Shown here piece after piece: positions 51,217 through 63,985 of a stretch of DNA of 64,000 nt (position 1 is the first letter of the stretch; each line of letters starts with the position of its first letter). Below the pieces are notes generated by a model. It did not search any database and was not told where the DNA came from. It saw nothing but the letters and a program-made list of their open reading frames with translations. This stretch comes from Marsupella aquatica (taxonomy: Eukaryota > Plantae > Marchantiophyta): the NCBI GenBank assembly GCA_973895155.1, contig OZ316897.1, forward strand, positions 3,177,416 through 3,241,415. Direction: 5' to 3'. A program made the translations under genes and the position numbers.

Positions 51217-53133
51217 CTACTCTTCTATCAAAGCTTCAAATTGGCTAGTCTGTAGCTCTAGCTCACGCCATTTTGAAGTGGGGACTGAACCTCTGCCTAT
51301 ACCAACCCCGGCATACAAGTGTATGCATGTGCCCAGCTCACTCTCGGGCAAAGCTTGGCAAGGATCAGAGCTTTTAAGCCGCAATCTATTGGAAACACAA
51401 CTCGGTTGGATGAGCTAGCGAAGAGCGTGTCGCCACTACAAACTCAGCCCCATCACCGCAGAACCAACCAATTGGCCCAGCGAAGAAGCCCCTGTCAAAT
51501 GCCTCGCTTCTAGAAATGGCGTCTCGTGCAAGTTCCTGTGGTAATCCGCACACAGCTGGGGTAGGATGAAGAGTAGAGAGTAGGTCGAACTCTTCAACAT
51601 CGTTGTGCAGCTCACCGGTGATCCGTGCGTAGAGATGCTGTGCTCTTGCTTGCTTTAGCAGGCTCTTTGAAACTACCGTTGTCACATGCTTGCAAACTGC
51701 CTCCATTCTGTGTTAATACTTTCTCTTAGAATCTGAAATTCGTAATGATCTTTGGTGCTATGCAATAACTCTGTGCCCAGCTCCATGTCTTCTATGGCAG
51801 TACTGCCCCTGGCACGAGTCCCTACCACTGCATCAGTGGCCACCTGCAGCCCATCCGTCGCGAACAGCGGCTCTGGTGTACTGCCAACGAAGGCTTCTCC
51901 ATCAGGAACTTGAAGAGCGAAATGGAAGGCACTCTGGTTTTCATCCTGAAGACGACCTAGAAGACTGAACTGGTCGAGCTGGCGGTTCATTTGCAATTGA
52001 GTACTTCTTGCCATAACTACCTTCAGCGGAGCTGGATGATCGCGTACAGATCGATCGAATGACCTGTTTTGCTCAACGGAATCGGAGTACTCCATCCCTT
52101 CGCTGCTCAGTGAGTCGAGAATATTGTCGGCTGCTTCATGCCAAGACCGTTCATTGGGAGTGTGTTCTCGTCCCAGAACTTGAGCGAGAGGCCTCTCTTG
52201 GTCCGGGCATATTTTAGTGGCTACCATGTCCATTACAATGAGAGCATTTTGCAAAGCGTTTATGAATGGCCACCCTTTTGATGCATCCCATACCAGAGTC
52301 ACAGCCAAGAGTGAGCAATCCCCACCCTCACAAAGCTCAATTTGAGGAATGAAGAAGTAGAATGACCCAAATGGTGTCCATTCTGTGGAAGGCTCTATTT
52401 CTGAGTCAAAGCGCATACCTCCATACGCTTTGATTGTCGAATATCTCTTAGAGAGAAATCTCTTTATGGCCTTCCAGTCTCTCGAAGAAAACGATTCTGA
52501 GCCCCTAAAGAGGGCTGCTGCGCCAACACCTGCCACACTTCCGACGTCACTTGCATCAAGGTTGGAAAATCGCTCCGCCCTGAGCCCTGCTGGTACCTCT
52601 CCAGCTCCATTTCTACGCTGGACTTGTCTGGGAGAAAAGTATGCTCTCGGCAGAAGAACTGGACTTTGTGGTTGAGATCGGAGCCACTGGAGGGCATTCA
52701 AATACGGTGGTAGTGGGACCTGAAACCTTAAAGTTGCACTTTGAGAAACGGGAGAGTGACATTCCAATTTGGTAATGGCCGAGCGAAGAGTGACCATTGC
52801 TTCCTCTAAGGACTCTACGGCAGGTAGACTACGAATTTCGCAGGTCCTCACCGGATCATTAGCGGGATCATTAGACCCGTCTAGTCCCTCAAAAACTGCA
52901 TGAGACGCGCTTTGCTGCTGTGACAATTCGCTCTGTGCAGTAGTAGCCCGTGGTCTTCTCACGTCACAGATCACTGGAAGCCCCATAGCCGCTGGACTCT
53001 TTTCGCCACGCAACCTGCACAGAGTCCTGGCGAAACGCGAAGTTTGGACCGCCTTCACGTCCAGGATAGACAATGAGTCTTTTAGAGCTTCTACGAGGTG
53101 GGGAGTTCTCGCAAACGTAACCGGAACTGCCAT
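51217..53133 (-). pseudogene. ICS: Isochorismate synthase (MenF/ICS), intronless, with two frameshifts (~51708 and ~51415)
   Basis: AYGGMRFD, FGSFYFFIPQIEL, KVVMAR, FVGSTPE.LF, KD.YEF; then in another frame QHLY, LHPTPAVCGLP, FDRGFFAGPIGW; then back in the first frame LYAGVGI.RGS...WRELEL, stop at 51217. The ATG at 53133 starts a transit-peptide-like leader. Confidence 0.9.
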
Positions 53134-54370
53134 GTACGAGGACTGGTCACAAGTTTCGCGGGGACCCGGCCAGAGCTTTGAGATTTTGTCGGTCCAAGTA
53201 CAAGTTCTACAGGTCCCGTTAAGAGCAAGCTTGGATAATCGATGATCGAGACCCGCAGCTGACTCGCGTTCCACCAGCCTTCTCGATCGTTTAATTCTTG
53301 ATTCGGTTGAAGCCTCAATATTGATTCGGTTGAATCGTTTCCTTCTTGATTCTAGCAAACTTGAAGTCCCCGTTGAGCGTCAAATCCATCTTCGTGTTCG
53401 GCCTCCAACTCAGATTTAGATTCCAATGCAGCGTTCAATAATTGAGAACCCTGCATGTCATCGTGGATTCTTGGAGGCATGATTCAAGAATCCCATGCGC
53501 AACACCGTCTTGTCGGCATCGTGCCCTTTCCCTCAAATATATATAATCTGGATTCCGACGTTCAGAATTAGGCCATCTCAGATGCAATTCCTTGAGAGGA
53601 TCCCTGTCATCGATACGATGGACGAGGACAGTCTCCATGTCTGACTATTGAAATATTAAAAGACGAAAGGACTGATCACCTGATCACCTGACTGCTTGAA
53701 TCAAGCCTTCTCAAGTTGACTATATACAAACTTAATAATTGCCATGAGATAACATTTGAGAGGAGCCCCCAAACTCCCGCATTGAGGGAAAATACTCCTG
53801 CGTTGTCACTGCTGACTTCTCTCGTATCTAAGTTACTAAAAGACGCCTGACAATGAGAGTACCGTTTGACTTGATGACCTCATCTGAATATCTGATCGAG
53901 CTGGGGGTTCGATACTTCGATCAGGTCCAGAATTTCAGAATTCTGTACGTTCAACATCATTCTGTAAAGCCATCCCAAAAGAGACAAAGCTTCAATCAGA
54001 AAAGGCCCTCAAAGAGACAAAGCTTAGATCACAAAAAATGAAGCAATCGACAACGATACGACAACCTCAAGATTGTTAGATTCTCAACAATGAACTCTCG
54101 ATTCACAAAGGCCAGAGGGAAGAGGATAAGAGACTGACCATTAATTCGCCTCGGTGACCTTTTTCTACAGTGAAAAGCAAATAATAGATCAATATTATCA
54201 ACTGATTGAAGGTGTTTGGTTCATTCGCCATGAGCTGTACTTCGATGAAGACTGAGGACGATTTCGGACGTTGCATTTTCTGCGTTCGACTCTGGTGTCA
54301 AATTAGATTTTTCCCTTCGATTCTGGTGTCAATTTAGCTTTTATCCTGCATTATTATTGTTTTGTTGCAG

Positions 54371-54635
54371 AATGGAGGACGGGCTTTACAATGATGTGGT
54401 TATGGGAAGCCTAAGTATTGTCGAGTCAGAGAAGTGTTCTTGGTGCAGAATATCTATGACTTTGCCCAAAGGACAAAAACTCCAAACTGGAGACATGGTC
54501 GCAAAGGGCAAAGCAAATGAAGGGAGGAAGAGGAAGGGGCGAAAGGTCCCAACAAGAATTAAGAGGCCCAACAAGCCAAGGGACCCCCTCCCCCCTCCCC
54601 CCCCAACAACGAAGGAAAAAAGAACAAGAACCCAA
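54371..54635 (+). other. Possible isolated exon (basic/proline-rich peptide)
   Basis: Preceded by tttgttgcAG, followed by GTAAGT, open frame throughout; no recognisable domain. Confidence 0.25.
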
Positions 54636-56073
54636 GTAAGTAGCCCATGGCAAGTAGAAGAACACTGGGGTGGAGAATTGAAAGGCCTTAGTGGTAGAGG
54701 TCCTGAGTAATTGCATACTTAGGAGGGTGGATCATGAAGTGGAATCTGTCTTGAGGCCCATTACCCCCAATCTGTCTGTGCTCTTAATCCAAGTATTCTC
54801 TTTAAGTTTCCTTAATTTGTGGCATTTTGGTTCTATTGAGCATGTGACATGTGAGCTTTATAAAAATCCCAAGGGAACACACCAAGTGCTGAGGTTTCTT
54901 AGTTTTGGATTTTACCCTTTGCAGTACTAGAGCCATAGCTTCAACCTCGATCTTAGGTCTGCTTGCATGGGTTAACTGTTCTGTGCAGGATATTTTTTGC
55001 CATGCCGCAAAACAATGGATATGCCCCATGCTTTAGTTCCCTGCGATCTGGTCCCGCCTCGGGTTAGGAGTCTTATCCGGACGATTGCTTTCAACCTTCG
55101 CATCTTCAAATTCTCTAGGACTTGCATAACTTCCTTAATATAAACCACCAAAAAATGGTTCCATTCTTGGGGGATCATATCGGACGCCAGGTAGTACACA
55201 CGAAACAAAAGATACCAGACCCGAGAGGGTTGGTGCCTTGCATGTGTTGATTCAAAATTACTTTGGAAGGGTTGTTTTGAGCTTGTTGGAAATTCCTCAA
55301 CACTTTACTTGACAACACTTCTCATCAGATATTAGTGACTGACTGATATTTGTGATTGATAACATATTAATCATTTTGCCATAATTCTAGCAGATCTTAA
55401 CTAACCTCAACGAGATTTTCTTTGTTTTTTTTTTTTTGAAAATTTGAGGTAAAATTATTGTTTAGGTTTGGCACTAATTAATGATTATTTATTTACTGAG
55501 GAAATGGATTAATTATAGTCAAGTAGTGGGGCATTGTGATAGGGATTCTTTTGCATGGATTGCATGAAAATCTAGCAAGGGAATCAAGCAGTACAACCTA
55601 CAAAGGTGGGTCAATCTTCATGTGTTTTCGGGGGTCTCACTCTCTGGAGCCCCCCACATCGCCTGGTACAACAGACCAGACCTGCACTTTGAAAGGTATA
55701 AATGGGTAACCCGGCCAATTCAAAGCTACCATTGAGAGACTAAGTTTTTTCTTAAAATTGTGGAGCAAACTTGCATGGTAGGGGAAAAAGGGGGAGGTCT
55801 TGGACACCTTCTTACATATGACCACTGGTGGTTTAAGAAAAACAATTAAATTGTTTCACCCTGAGGTTTAATTTACTCCTACTAATTCAGAATTGAAAAG
55901 ACTATCTTTCCTTGTAAGTCTCAGATAATTGGATTAAACAACTGTAATGTTGACTTCTTCAACCGACAAAAATCATAATTCTTTCCTTTAGAGCAATAAA
56001 ACAATCCTATGCTTTGTTGCAAGTGATATACTATTTTTGCGGAAGTAAGACCCCCGAGCATGCATGTGTCACA

Positions 56074-56162
56074 ACATTATAAGGTTTTGGAAGGGATATT
56101 TGTTATACCCCTTTTAGCACCTTTTGGGGTAGACTAAATGTCCCTCCAAAACCTTATAATGT
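56074..56162. repeat. 89-nt hairpin / inverted repeat
   Basis: ACATTATAAGGTTTTGGA(A)GGGA pairs with TCCCTCCAAAACCTTATAATGT; inner TACCCC/GGGGTA pairing. Confidence 0.8.
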
Positions 56163-57279
56163 CAACCCACCCTGCCAACCCCTCAAGATAAAAATGATTG
56201 GGAGTCTCACCATCCAGGTCCCCAGTCCTAGGTAAGTCATTTCTTTCCTGTATTTTGTGATGGAGTTGTTCAAATTGGCCAATGCCTGAAAGTCCTATGA
56301 GTGAACCATCTAATCTTTATTTAGATTTCTTGAATGGGAGATTTCTTTGGGAGCTTGAAAAGGGGAAAAATTGGCAACATTTTGTTAGGAATTGACTCAA
56401 GTTCCTGGTTTTAGTTAGTTTGGCCTTATTGGGGTTAGTTGACCCTTGGTTACATTAGGATAAGATACACTTATTTTAGGCCCACACATCTTAGTCCCCC
56501 TGGGGGTATAGGTTGGAGGGAGAACATGATCTCCCTCATTCTTCACATATACTCTCATATGCTTTGGATCTTCCAAGATTTTTCCAATGCCGTGTGGTGT
56601 CTCGTTGGTGTAGCGTGACTGTGATTGTCTCTTTTATGTTCCGCATTAATTTGCTGTCTAGTCTGAGTTGACAATTTCTTACACATTTAGCCAACTAGAA
56701 AATCATGTTGTGACGGGGTCCCCGTCACTCAAAATCATGAATAATGGTCGCGGAGCGTTGCGCAGTGTAAATAACCATTGTAAATAAGCATTTTTCCAAA
56801 AACATTTAAGTTAATTCTATCACTTGTGACCGAAGTACTGTATTTATTTTTATCCCCTCATTGTTCTGCAAATATGTTGGGCGGAGGGCCCTGCCTTTGG
56901 GGGACTCCCCATTATTTTATGGCCATTTTTAGAGACCCCAATAGCAAGGTTGATGGGAAGAAGAAATAAAACAGGACCGGGAGCAAGGAAGTTTCTTTTT
57001 TTTATGAGTGAAGGTGACCCCGGCAGTGGACGTTGGGGGAAGTTTTTTTGGAGGGCATGACCCCGGGAGTAAGGGGGCGCAAGCCGGGCTGGGCGCGGAG
57101 GAGCCAGGGCGGACGGCGGTGGCTGCCGCAAGCCCTGCATAGGGCCGCGTGCAGGAGGTGGGGGGGAATTAAATCCCCCGTTTGAGGGGCTGCCGCAAGT
57201 GGCAGGCTTGGCCAGGGCGCAGGTGAGACCGCGAGCAGGGCGCAGAGCTGCGGGGGCGAGCCGGAGGGGTTAAATTCCC

Positions 57280-58246
57280 CCCTAGGCCCTCACTCTTACT
57301 ATATTAAGTGCACCCCCCTGAGAACAGACACCCCCCTTGTACCCCTTCTTAATATTTTTGTTCACAAACAAAATCTCCTTGTTAATGTAAAAATATTAAC
57401 TTTTCCTATTAAATTTTATCCCTTTGTAAATTATAATAGAGTTTTTCAAGGAATTGAAAACACCCTTGAATTTTTAAAATTGCAAATATCATACTGAAAT
57501 AGATGAGACTGCATAAAGGACTTGTATGGCTGTTACGCCCAATGTTCAGGATACATATTTTATATAGATGAACAAAATTAATACACTACAAGAATAGTTC
57601 TTCCTATAGTATACAAACAGGCATGCACTCTCCTCTTAGTGTTCGCAACAGTGCCTCTAAACTTCTAGTTTCATCAGTACTATATGTATAGAGGGTACTA
57701 TATGTCTCATCTACAACCCGTAACCCCCCTACACACGCAAACACATCTAGCCTCATACCTGGCTGTTTGATTCAAGAGAATTCAAAAGTAATCTTGTCCG
57801 TCCATGTTGGGTTGATCCATGAATCCCCATGAATCCCAGATTCCCAACATTTACTCAACTCCCGACTTAACTCCTAAACATGTGGGTAAACATGTCTACC
57901 CAAAACCATTTGTCCCAACATAAAGGGTCCCACAAAACTAAACTTGCCTTAAGACAACAAATAATTAAATGTCTGATTTACTATATGAACACGTGTGCAA
58001 ATGAGGTGATGACTGTATGCGTCCCAACCATATAGTGACGCGTGTACTTGGCATTTTGGGTACCCTTGCATAAGAATAATGTGACATGTATTTGATAAGA
58101 GCCTTATTACTAATATTGTGATGAATGTATATATAGGGATGTTGCCTACTTTAAAAATTATTATAAAAATTTGTTTGTATTACATTAAAAATACCCTTGC
58201 ATTGTTCGCACGTCCTCCCTGTATTAGTAACGCTGAGGGCCCAGGG
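57280..58246. mobile_element. Non-autonomous TIR element (~1-kb subfamily), 8-bp TSD
   Basis: CCCTAGGCCCTCA...TGAGGGCCCAGGG; perfect TSD AAATTCCC; colinear with 10220-11254. Confidence 0.93.
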
Positions 58247-59051
58247 AAATTCCCCCCCAAAATAAAATGAGCGCGTGCCTTGCATAGGGCCGCGTGCCAC
58301 AAGACAGCCGCATGTGAGGGTGAGGCGCGCCCTGCATAGGGGCCGCGTGCCATTTAAAGTACTCGGGCGAGGAAACGGCCGGGGCAAGCAGGCGCTGCCG
58401 GGGCCATAGGGTACGCCACCGTGTGTCGGGGCACAAGGCGCCACCGCGAGGCGCATGAGGGAAAGAAAAAAAGGGTTAACACCCCGTGGGGGGCCACCGC
58501 AAGCGCGCGAGGCAGGGAGGCGCGAGGCGCTCCCGCAAGCGAGGAAGGGAGGCGGCAAGTTGGGCGCTGCCGGGGCAATGTGGGCGCAAACCGGGATGCT
58601 TCGGAGGGCAGGTGAGAGGGGGGCAGGTACGCGAGCGGCAGAAGGGGGGAGAAAATACTCCCCGATACTCGGGTGAGTCAATACCCGGGAGAGGGCAGCG
58701 GACGGCACCTGGCGCTCGGGGGTATACTTAAAGGGGGCTTGCGCCCTTAGGGAAGCCACACATTTTTTCTTCCCCCTTGATTTTTTTTGCGCTTCCCTTG
58801 AGATGCCGAAAGCTTCCCTCAAAACTGCTTCCTTTGTAAACAGTACCCTGGTTCCTGATTCTCCATTTTCTTCCCAAGAGTTTTTTTCTTTCTCTCTAGC
58901 TCAGCATTGAACTAGCATTAACGGCGGCTGCAGTGAATGACGTCTGGGGAAATTGAGATTGGGTCTTGATCGTGATACGGGGGCCGTTCGGGCCAGGATT
59001 TGAATTTGGTGATGGGAATTTTTTTGATGGGGGATTTTTTCTGGAGCACGG

Positions 59052-60895
59052 ATGCTTGATCAGCCTGAGTTCAGCGCGGCTCGCATTCGTAGATACAAGG
59101 TCGCTTACCGGGATTACATTGCGTCACGGATTGCTGAAGAAGTGGCAGAGAATCGACGGTCAGCAGTCATGAGTATCAGATCTGGAATACCTAGCACTAC
59201 GGTTGTACGGAAGGTTTTCTGTAGGGTGTACCCCCGCACTTTTGCCAAGGTGATGGAAGAGGGCAAGGAGATTTTTCAGGCTACAGGGCTCACCAATTTC
59301 ATGGGTGTAGAGATTAGGATTCCTCCCGGCAGGACTTGGGACATTGCGGCTGGATTGGAGTGCCGTACGGAGGGGATTTATTTTCATTGTAACAAGCAGT
59401 TGATCCCTCACGTGGAGTTGGCCAAGCTCTTATTTCTTGACGACCAGGACTCACATTTCAGCCCGTAGAGCCCCCTGGTGTTTTTACGTTGGAGGAGCTA
59501 GCTGAGGTGGTGAAGGATCCCATTTCCGTAACTACCATTCCCCTCTCAACGTTCAAGGATCCAGCGTACAACGTGTTTGTGGCCAAGGTGCACCAGCGGG
59601 TACTTGGGCGGGGGCAATCAGGGACGGTGAGTGGAGATCAGTTGGCTATTGCCAATGACATCAAAACTCACCCACGTCACACGTACGGATGGTGGTGCTT
59701 TGGGATGAGGAAGTCATTGGCCATGGATCCTAAGAGTGTGAAGACGGGAGGAGGCATGTACTTGATGGGGTCTTTCCTATTGGCCAGGCGGGAAGGGCTT
59801 CTTCCCTCACCGGGAATTGAAGGGGAAACGGTGCCACCCTTCACCACGGAAATACGGAGGATAGCCACCACCATATTAGGAAGCTTGGTGAAGGGGCCAC
59901 CGTCTCAGCCAATAGCCCAACCTACTACGGATGATGACCCAGATGAGGATAGTGTTATGGAGTGGTTGGAGTCACTTGTGGGGAACCCGGAGGAGTCTCT
60001 TGATTACGATGTGCCCAAGGTGTACTTGGCCGAATTATGTGATTTTTGTGATGGAGTGCATGAAGGGCTTAAGTTGTGCAGAACGTTGAAGGAGGCCATC
60101 AACCAAGGCCAGTCCAAGGTGGAAATGTTACAAGTAAGTAATGAGGCCTTGAAAGAGGTGGTCAAGGCAAAGGAGGTGGTGATTCAAGAGCAAGGGAGGT
60201 CGCTCAAGGAGTCGCATATTCAGGTTTTACAGCTGGAAGGAGCCTTATCTACTAAGGCTAAGGAGGCGCTGGAGGTGGAAGTATTGAGAGATGAGGTGGC
60301 CAAGCTCAAGCAGGGCACGGGTGAGGTAGAGAGGCTCAAGGGGGAAGTGGTGGAGTTACGAGGTCAAGTTGGACTCCTTGAGACCAGGGCCAAGAGGAAC
60401 GATACGTTGAGGCTGGGGAAGAGGAAGAGCCCATCTCCCTCTAGTCCTACCCTCTCCCCAGATTTGATCTCAAAAGCCATTGAGATGGTGGTAAGAGAAG
60501 TAACTCAACGGTATGGACCAATGTTGGAAGCAGCCAAGAAGGAGAAGGAGAAGAGTAAGATGTTGGAGAAACAGTTGCGGGAGACCCGTAAGTCATCACG
60601 GGAAATCCAAGCCGGTCACGGTGCCACCGTATCTGCTAGTCACAGTGCCAACATTTCATCACCCTCATCATTACCAGCGGAGGCTCAACCGAGTCATAGA
60701 GTCACGGTGCCAAGGATGCCACCCCGATCCGTAAACCCGGGGACTCCTCTGGCTACCGGCCAGGTCTCACCTTTGCAGTTGCAGGGAGGTGAAGAGGTTG
60801 CCTTATGGAAGGACACTATTAGCCAGGGTTATGTGAAGGCTTGGCAAGCCTTGGCTGCATTGAGGAGGCGGAGCACTTCCGGTCGGACCCTGTAG
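59052..60895 (+). CDS. Orphan intronless ORFs (138 aa + 468 aa, different frames), coiled coil followed by a Ser/Pro-rich tail; probably TE-derived
   Basis: A 468-codon open frame in otherwise ORF-poor DNA, with heptad-like EVxxLKxEVxxL runs. A 28-bp tandem duplication spans the stop (60868-60923). No family motif recognised. Confidence 0.5.
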
Positions 60896-62619
60896 GCGGA
60901 GCACTTCCGGTCGGTCCCTGTAGTGAAATGGGGGGAACTCAGTCTAGTGTTTGCTTAGGGAAGTTAGCTCATGGCCAGAAGAGGGAATCAAGCCAGAGTA
61001 GTGAGGTAGAGGTGTAGCACTTGCCCCAGTGAGGCAGTAGTTGGGCAGACAGCAAGAGGCCGGGTTGTCCTTGCAATGTGTTACGACGTTTTGCCAAAAG
61101 ATATGGATTTGGTTTGATTCCTCAAGTTTTGGTGTGGTGTTACCTTTTCTGGTTCACGATTGTGTTATTTCCCAAGAAGCATCTAAGGAATCCTTGCACG
61201 GTTTGGTCGACCATGTGAGTAGGAGGGGTGGTGACAGCACTCCACCAACAACCAGTAGGAGTGTGTGTGGCGTAGTCCATGGGACTTGATCAAAAGCAGA
61301 GGGACTAGTCTGTAGACTTGATCAAAAATTACATTTCCGGGAGCAAAATTAAACATACTCATCCTACATGCAATAGAATCCTAATAGCGTCCCTCCACGT
61401 TCCCATCATACGATAACAAACAATTTTAGTAGGAGTAAATACATATTTGTTGTGCAAATCGTTTGATAAGCAGGTGACACAAGTGCAACAACTATTACTA
61501 CTAAGTAACTGTATTGTCAATCATACTGGCTTGTGCAAACAAAAAATATATATATTAAATAAGTTTCCTCGGGACTAACAAAATATTTTAAGAAAAGAAT
61601 GTTATGTCTAAGCCTATTTTATATACATAGAATTTTTTGTGACTGTATGTATTATTTTTAGAGTTAAAGTAACAAAAAAAGGGGAACATTAACTTCAAGG
61701 GATACATATTGAGTAAGTGGTCCATGAACTAATTTTGTTGAATGTTGTACAGATGCGACAAAACTAATTTCAATTTGTTTTTGTTTATTTTAGACTAGAC
61801 GCAAACCAATTAAATCATGGACTCCTACTTATGTATGCTTTCATACTTACCAAGCTAATACATGTTCTCCTGGAAACTGAAGCCAGGATGGACCACCATG
61901 TTGGACACTGTGTTCCACAACCATATTTTGGTGTTTCCTGAGAATTCGGGGCCCATAACTTCATGACTGTGTCCTAGAATAATTCATTGGAGAAGAATTA
62001 ATCTGTGGACTCCCATGTTCATCCAAGGAATATATGTGATATGAAGTGAAATCAATTTTCAGCAAGGCAATAACCAATGTTTCGAGTCTCCCGGTGGTCT
62101 TGGTGTGTGCTTGTTCACAAGAGAGCGCTCAGAAGATAGAGGAGATCAATTGGTTGAGATGATCTCTTTGGTTTATCATACAGAAGGTTGAATGTGGAGG
62201 AATTAAGTTTGTGATGGATTTTGTTTACACATAATTGGGGAAATCATGTTTCTATCATTCCTGATTGATCGTTTGTGAGTTATGTTGAGCATTATTGACA
62301 CAAGACAACACTCAGCTGTTGGCAAAAGAGTGCTTGTCGTTTCGGTGGGAAGACGCACAAAACGGACGAGCCATCACTTCACATGAAGGTTTTCAAGTGT
62401 AGTTTTTTATTTAAGAAAGATATGGTGTGAGGGGGAGACCAGCAATTGTTTCTTCAATATAGAGGTTGCATTTGGCGTCAACCTGTGTTTAGAGTGAGCT
62501 TCAGTTGAAGACCGGAGAAACAAACAATTCAAGTCGGAAAGCAAGCATTGCGGACAAGCGATGGCAACGTGATCAAAGAAATCAGTTTGCAGCGGCTAGG
62601 TTTGTGACGGTGACAAGAT

Positions 62620-63130
62620 TGTGACATCTCTAATTGAGGGTTTTCAATGAGCCTCACATTGACAAATTTTGTCAAGTTCCAAATGAGTTTTTGAATTTCT
62701 CTGTCTTTCCAATGAGTGTAATAATAAGAAATTTTGATCATGAGTTCATGAATTCTTTTAGCTTTTCCAACATTGAGTCCAACATTGACAAATTTCATAT
62801 CAGATTTTGTCACGGTACTAAAGAGGTCATGAGATTTTCAATCTCTCTAGCTTAATTTCTAATGTGTGACATTGGGAGTATTCTCAAGAATTGGAGAGAT
62901 AATGAGTATTCAAATTTCTCTAACTTTCCAATGAACCTAACATTGATAGAGTTTGTCAAGCACTAAGGAGATGATGAGTTTCTAATTTTACTCTAGCTTT
63001 TCAATGAGTGTGACATTGATAGATTTTATCAAAACAGTACTAAAGAGGTCATGAGTTTCTAAATCTTCATCTTGAGCTTTCCAATGAATCAAACATTGAC
63101 AAATTTCATCAAGTACTAAGGAGATTGATT
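62620..63130. repeat. Degenerate ~55-60-bp tandem repeat
   Basis: Recurrent tttccaatga...acattga(c/t)aaattt and gtactaaagaggtcatgag words. Confidence 0.7.
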
Positions 63131-63506
63131 ATTTTTTGTTTTACAATGTGGAGCCAAAGGGGTTCTAACTATGTACATTTCTATAGATTGGTTTTTTCAA
63201 ACTCTAAAACAATTAAAAAATACAAGCATTTTGATGTAAAACATTGACATATCATTGACAAACATCATAATCAATGGTAACTTTATTTTACTAAATGACA
63301 TCTCTTCCTTTGTATTCTGTTTTTTTGCGCTTAATACTTATGGCATGATGCCCCAAAATTACGTTGCTTTTGCTACAAACATGAATGTGCACTTTTGTTA
63401 CTGTCAAAAATAAGATCTTTCTTGTCTATGGTTGGTTGTGCTGATGTGGCACAACCTCGTGGCAGGGAATTTGCTAGGGACCTCACATGGGGGTCCATAA
63501 TTAAAA

Positions 63507-63985
63507 ATATCATGAGCATTTTGATGTAAACACTCAATTTTCAGTGTATGAAAACCTAAAATCTAATAAAAACAGTTTTAAGCCCACATGGACCATAAGG
63601 TTGGTTTTTGAAACCCCCATGAAACTCATGGGAGTTGGTAAAGAGAAATAAGAAAAAACTAACCCAAATATTCTATATGAACACACAAAAATTAATCTCA
63701 TGGAATTTGCCTCTCAGAAAATCTGTGATGAAAAACGCAACCAAAATGACCAAAGATTCATTCTCTTTGATGAAAGTGTAGCTTATTTACTACTCTAGTG
63801 TACCCCCAAAACTATAAAGTATTTGAATTTATGAATGTCAAGTCATTAGAATTAAACTCAAATGTTGGGAAATGTGGTCCATGGGGGTTTCAAAAACCAA
63901 CCTTATGGTCCGTGTGGGCTTCAAACTCTGATAATTGATTTCATACACTGAAAATTGAGTGTTTACATCAAAATGCTCATGATAT
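63507..63985. mobile_element. Long-TIR (foldback/MULE-like) non-autonomous element
   Basis: ~115-bp inverted repeats 63507-63621 and 63880-63985 (atatcatgagcattttgatgtaaacactcaattttcagtgtatg... and its reverse complement). TSD not resolvable near the window edge. Confidence 0.8.

Noticed and set aside
3693-53133. AMT2 + ICS as a functional gene cluster
   Set aside because: They are ~33 kb apart, separated by TEs, in unrelated pathways, and the ICS copy is disrupted.
53134-53358. N-terminal extension of the 558-aa ICS ORF
   Set aside because: It begins at a non-ATG codon; the first plausible ATG with a transit-peptide-like sequence is at 53133.
57583-57593. Canonical CACTACAAGAA motif
   Set aside because: It lies inside the 1-kb TIR element, is not conserved in the sister copy near 10525, and has no partner end.
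58151-58822. 223-aa minus-strand ORF and overlapping ORFs
   Set aside because: A by-product of high GC content; it runs across a TIR element junction.
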